Virus record (IMG/VR): IMGVR_UViG_3300037419_000445
DNA length: 62,274 bases
Reading direction: 5' to 3' (one strand)
Source: a virus
The stretch's first letter is position 1. Each line of letters starts with the position of its first letter. The position numbers and the translations under genes are program-made. Below the pieces are notes generated by a model that was not told the DNA's origin, ran no database searches, and was given only the letters and a program-made list of their open reading frames with translations. Positions 61,517 through 62,274 of the stretch are shown piece after piece.

Positions 61517-61923
61517 GCTTCACCTTTATCGGTTGATGCGATGGCGCGGAGACAGGCTGCGGTGAGGGCGAGCGCGGGCGTTGCTGCCGTGAGTTGGTGA
61601 CGCTCTGGCGGGCAGGTCCAGCCCTCATCCCAGACGGTTGCCGCTGCTCCATTTGGGGTCATGGCGACATCCCAAAGGCGGCATTCCGGCACCAGCGTAA
61701 TCGCGGCGTCGAGAGATTCCATATAGCGAGGCACTAAAACAAGGTGACCAAATTTGTCTCTGGTTTCGTCCATCCAACATTCTCGCCCCGTCGCTTTGTG
61801 AACGTAACTCCACTTGTTGCGCGTTGCGCCGTCCGTCACAGCAAGCCAAATCTCAGCTTCAAGCTCGCCATCCGGTTCGGTCGCTCGCTCCACTCGATCT
61901 GCAAGCGCAAGGAGGTCAGTCAT
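61513..61923 (-). CDS. hypothetical protein
   Basis: 136-aa ORF. Confidence 0.5.
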   Translation of the reverse strand: MTDLLALADRVERATEPDGELEAEIWLAVTDGATRNKWSYVHKATGRECWMDETRDKFGHLVLVPRYMESLDAAITLVPECRLWDVAMTPNGAAATVWDEGWTCPPERHQLTAATPALALTAACLRAIASTDKGEA

Positions 61924-62242
61924 TCGCCCCTCCGTGTAACGAGCGGAAGCGGGAGAGGGCGGAACGGGCAGTTTGAATCTTTAGTCGGATGCACCCAGCA
62001 CTTACACACCGTGGGCACAAGCGCTCGCCGTCGCAATCATCTTCCGGCATATCGAATTCGGAAAGATTGTCCTCGGCGTAGTGAAGCCAGTCCTCCAACG
62101 CCTTCACCAGCCTCTCTACGGCTGGGTAGGTGTTGACGGCGGCGACGATGAGGTTGGCGTTTGCGGTGTTCTCAGCCAATTCTCCGTCTGCGCCGAAAGA
62201 AGTTTTAGCCACCTCGCGGTGATTTGGACCTCCGTTTATCAA
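61916..62242 (-). CDS. hypothetical protein whose start lies in the terminal overlap
   Basis: 108-aa ORF. Across the circular junction it is followed by 148-411. Confidence 0.45.
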   Translation of the reverse strand: MINGGPNHREVAKTSFGADGELAENTANANLIVAAVNTYPAVERLVKALEDWLHYAEDNLSEFDMPEDDCDGERLCPRCVSAGCIRLKIQTARSALSRFRSLHGGAND

Positions 62243-62274
62243 GCGCGGGTGATGCGGATTAAGCGACCACGGCA
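62148..62274. repeat. Second copy of the 127-bp terminal overlap
   Basis: Identical to 1-127. Confidence 0.95.

Overview
The window is a complete temperate phage genome. It is HK97-type and siphovirus-like. Bases 1-127 are identical to 62148-62274, so the contig closes on itself with about 62,147 bp of unique sequence.

Gene order, read directly from the sequence:
- Leftward minus-strand early arm: 62242 down to 57794, continuing across the junction into 1789-148. It holds the tyrosine integrase, an Xis-like ORF, about 10 unknown ORFs and a ProQ/FinO-like protein.
- Lambda-like immunity region: an S24 CI repressor at 1905-2672, flanked by two near-identical outward promoters. Each promoter carries a TGCGA-N3-TCGCA operator in its spacer.
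- Long plus-strand early/replication arm: Sak4-like ATPase, DUF669 SSB-like protein, a phage-encoded beta sliding clamp, PD-(D/E)XK nuclease, ECF-like sigma factor, SLOG/DUF2493 protein, SF2 helicase, three beta-class DNA methyltransferases, primase-helicase and VRR-NUC nuclease.
- Packaging and head genes: HNH, terS, terL, portal, S49 protease and major capsid protein.
- Three sugar/methyl-transfer genes embedded in the head-tail joining module.
- Tail genes, including the canonical A_AAA_AAG chaperone frameshift, tape measure, J-like protein and a collagen-like fibre.
- A minus-strand O-acyltransferase, then the lysis cassette.
- A post-lysis accessory block.
- attP, which contains a tRNA-like element.

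The host is probably an alphaproteobacterium. This rests on family resemblance only and has low confidence.

Most unusual observations:
1. The tetrapeptide A-N-D-N, or a close NDN variant, recurs in frame in about 17 unrelated proteins. It almost always lies near a terminus and its codons vary synonymously.
2. A perfect C_CCT_TTC slippery heptamer plus hairpin sits exactly where a start-codon-less MptE/DUF115-like ORF opens. This suggests a second programmed -1 frameshift.
3. The head module contains a glycosylation-like trio of genes.
4. Two methyltransferases end in clamp-binding-like peptides (QLDIF, SADLF) and the helicase ends in an SSB-tip-like EDIPF. All of these sit next to a phage clamp.
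5. There are two separate iteron arrays.
6. attP contains a 126-nt class-II tRNA-like element with no recognisable anticodon arm.

No CRISPR array, rRNA or transposon was seen. All functional calls come from motif recognition by eye, with no searches run.
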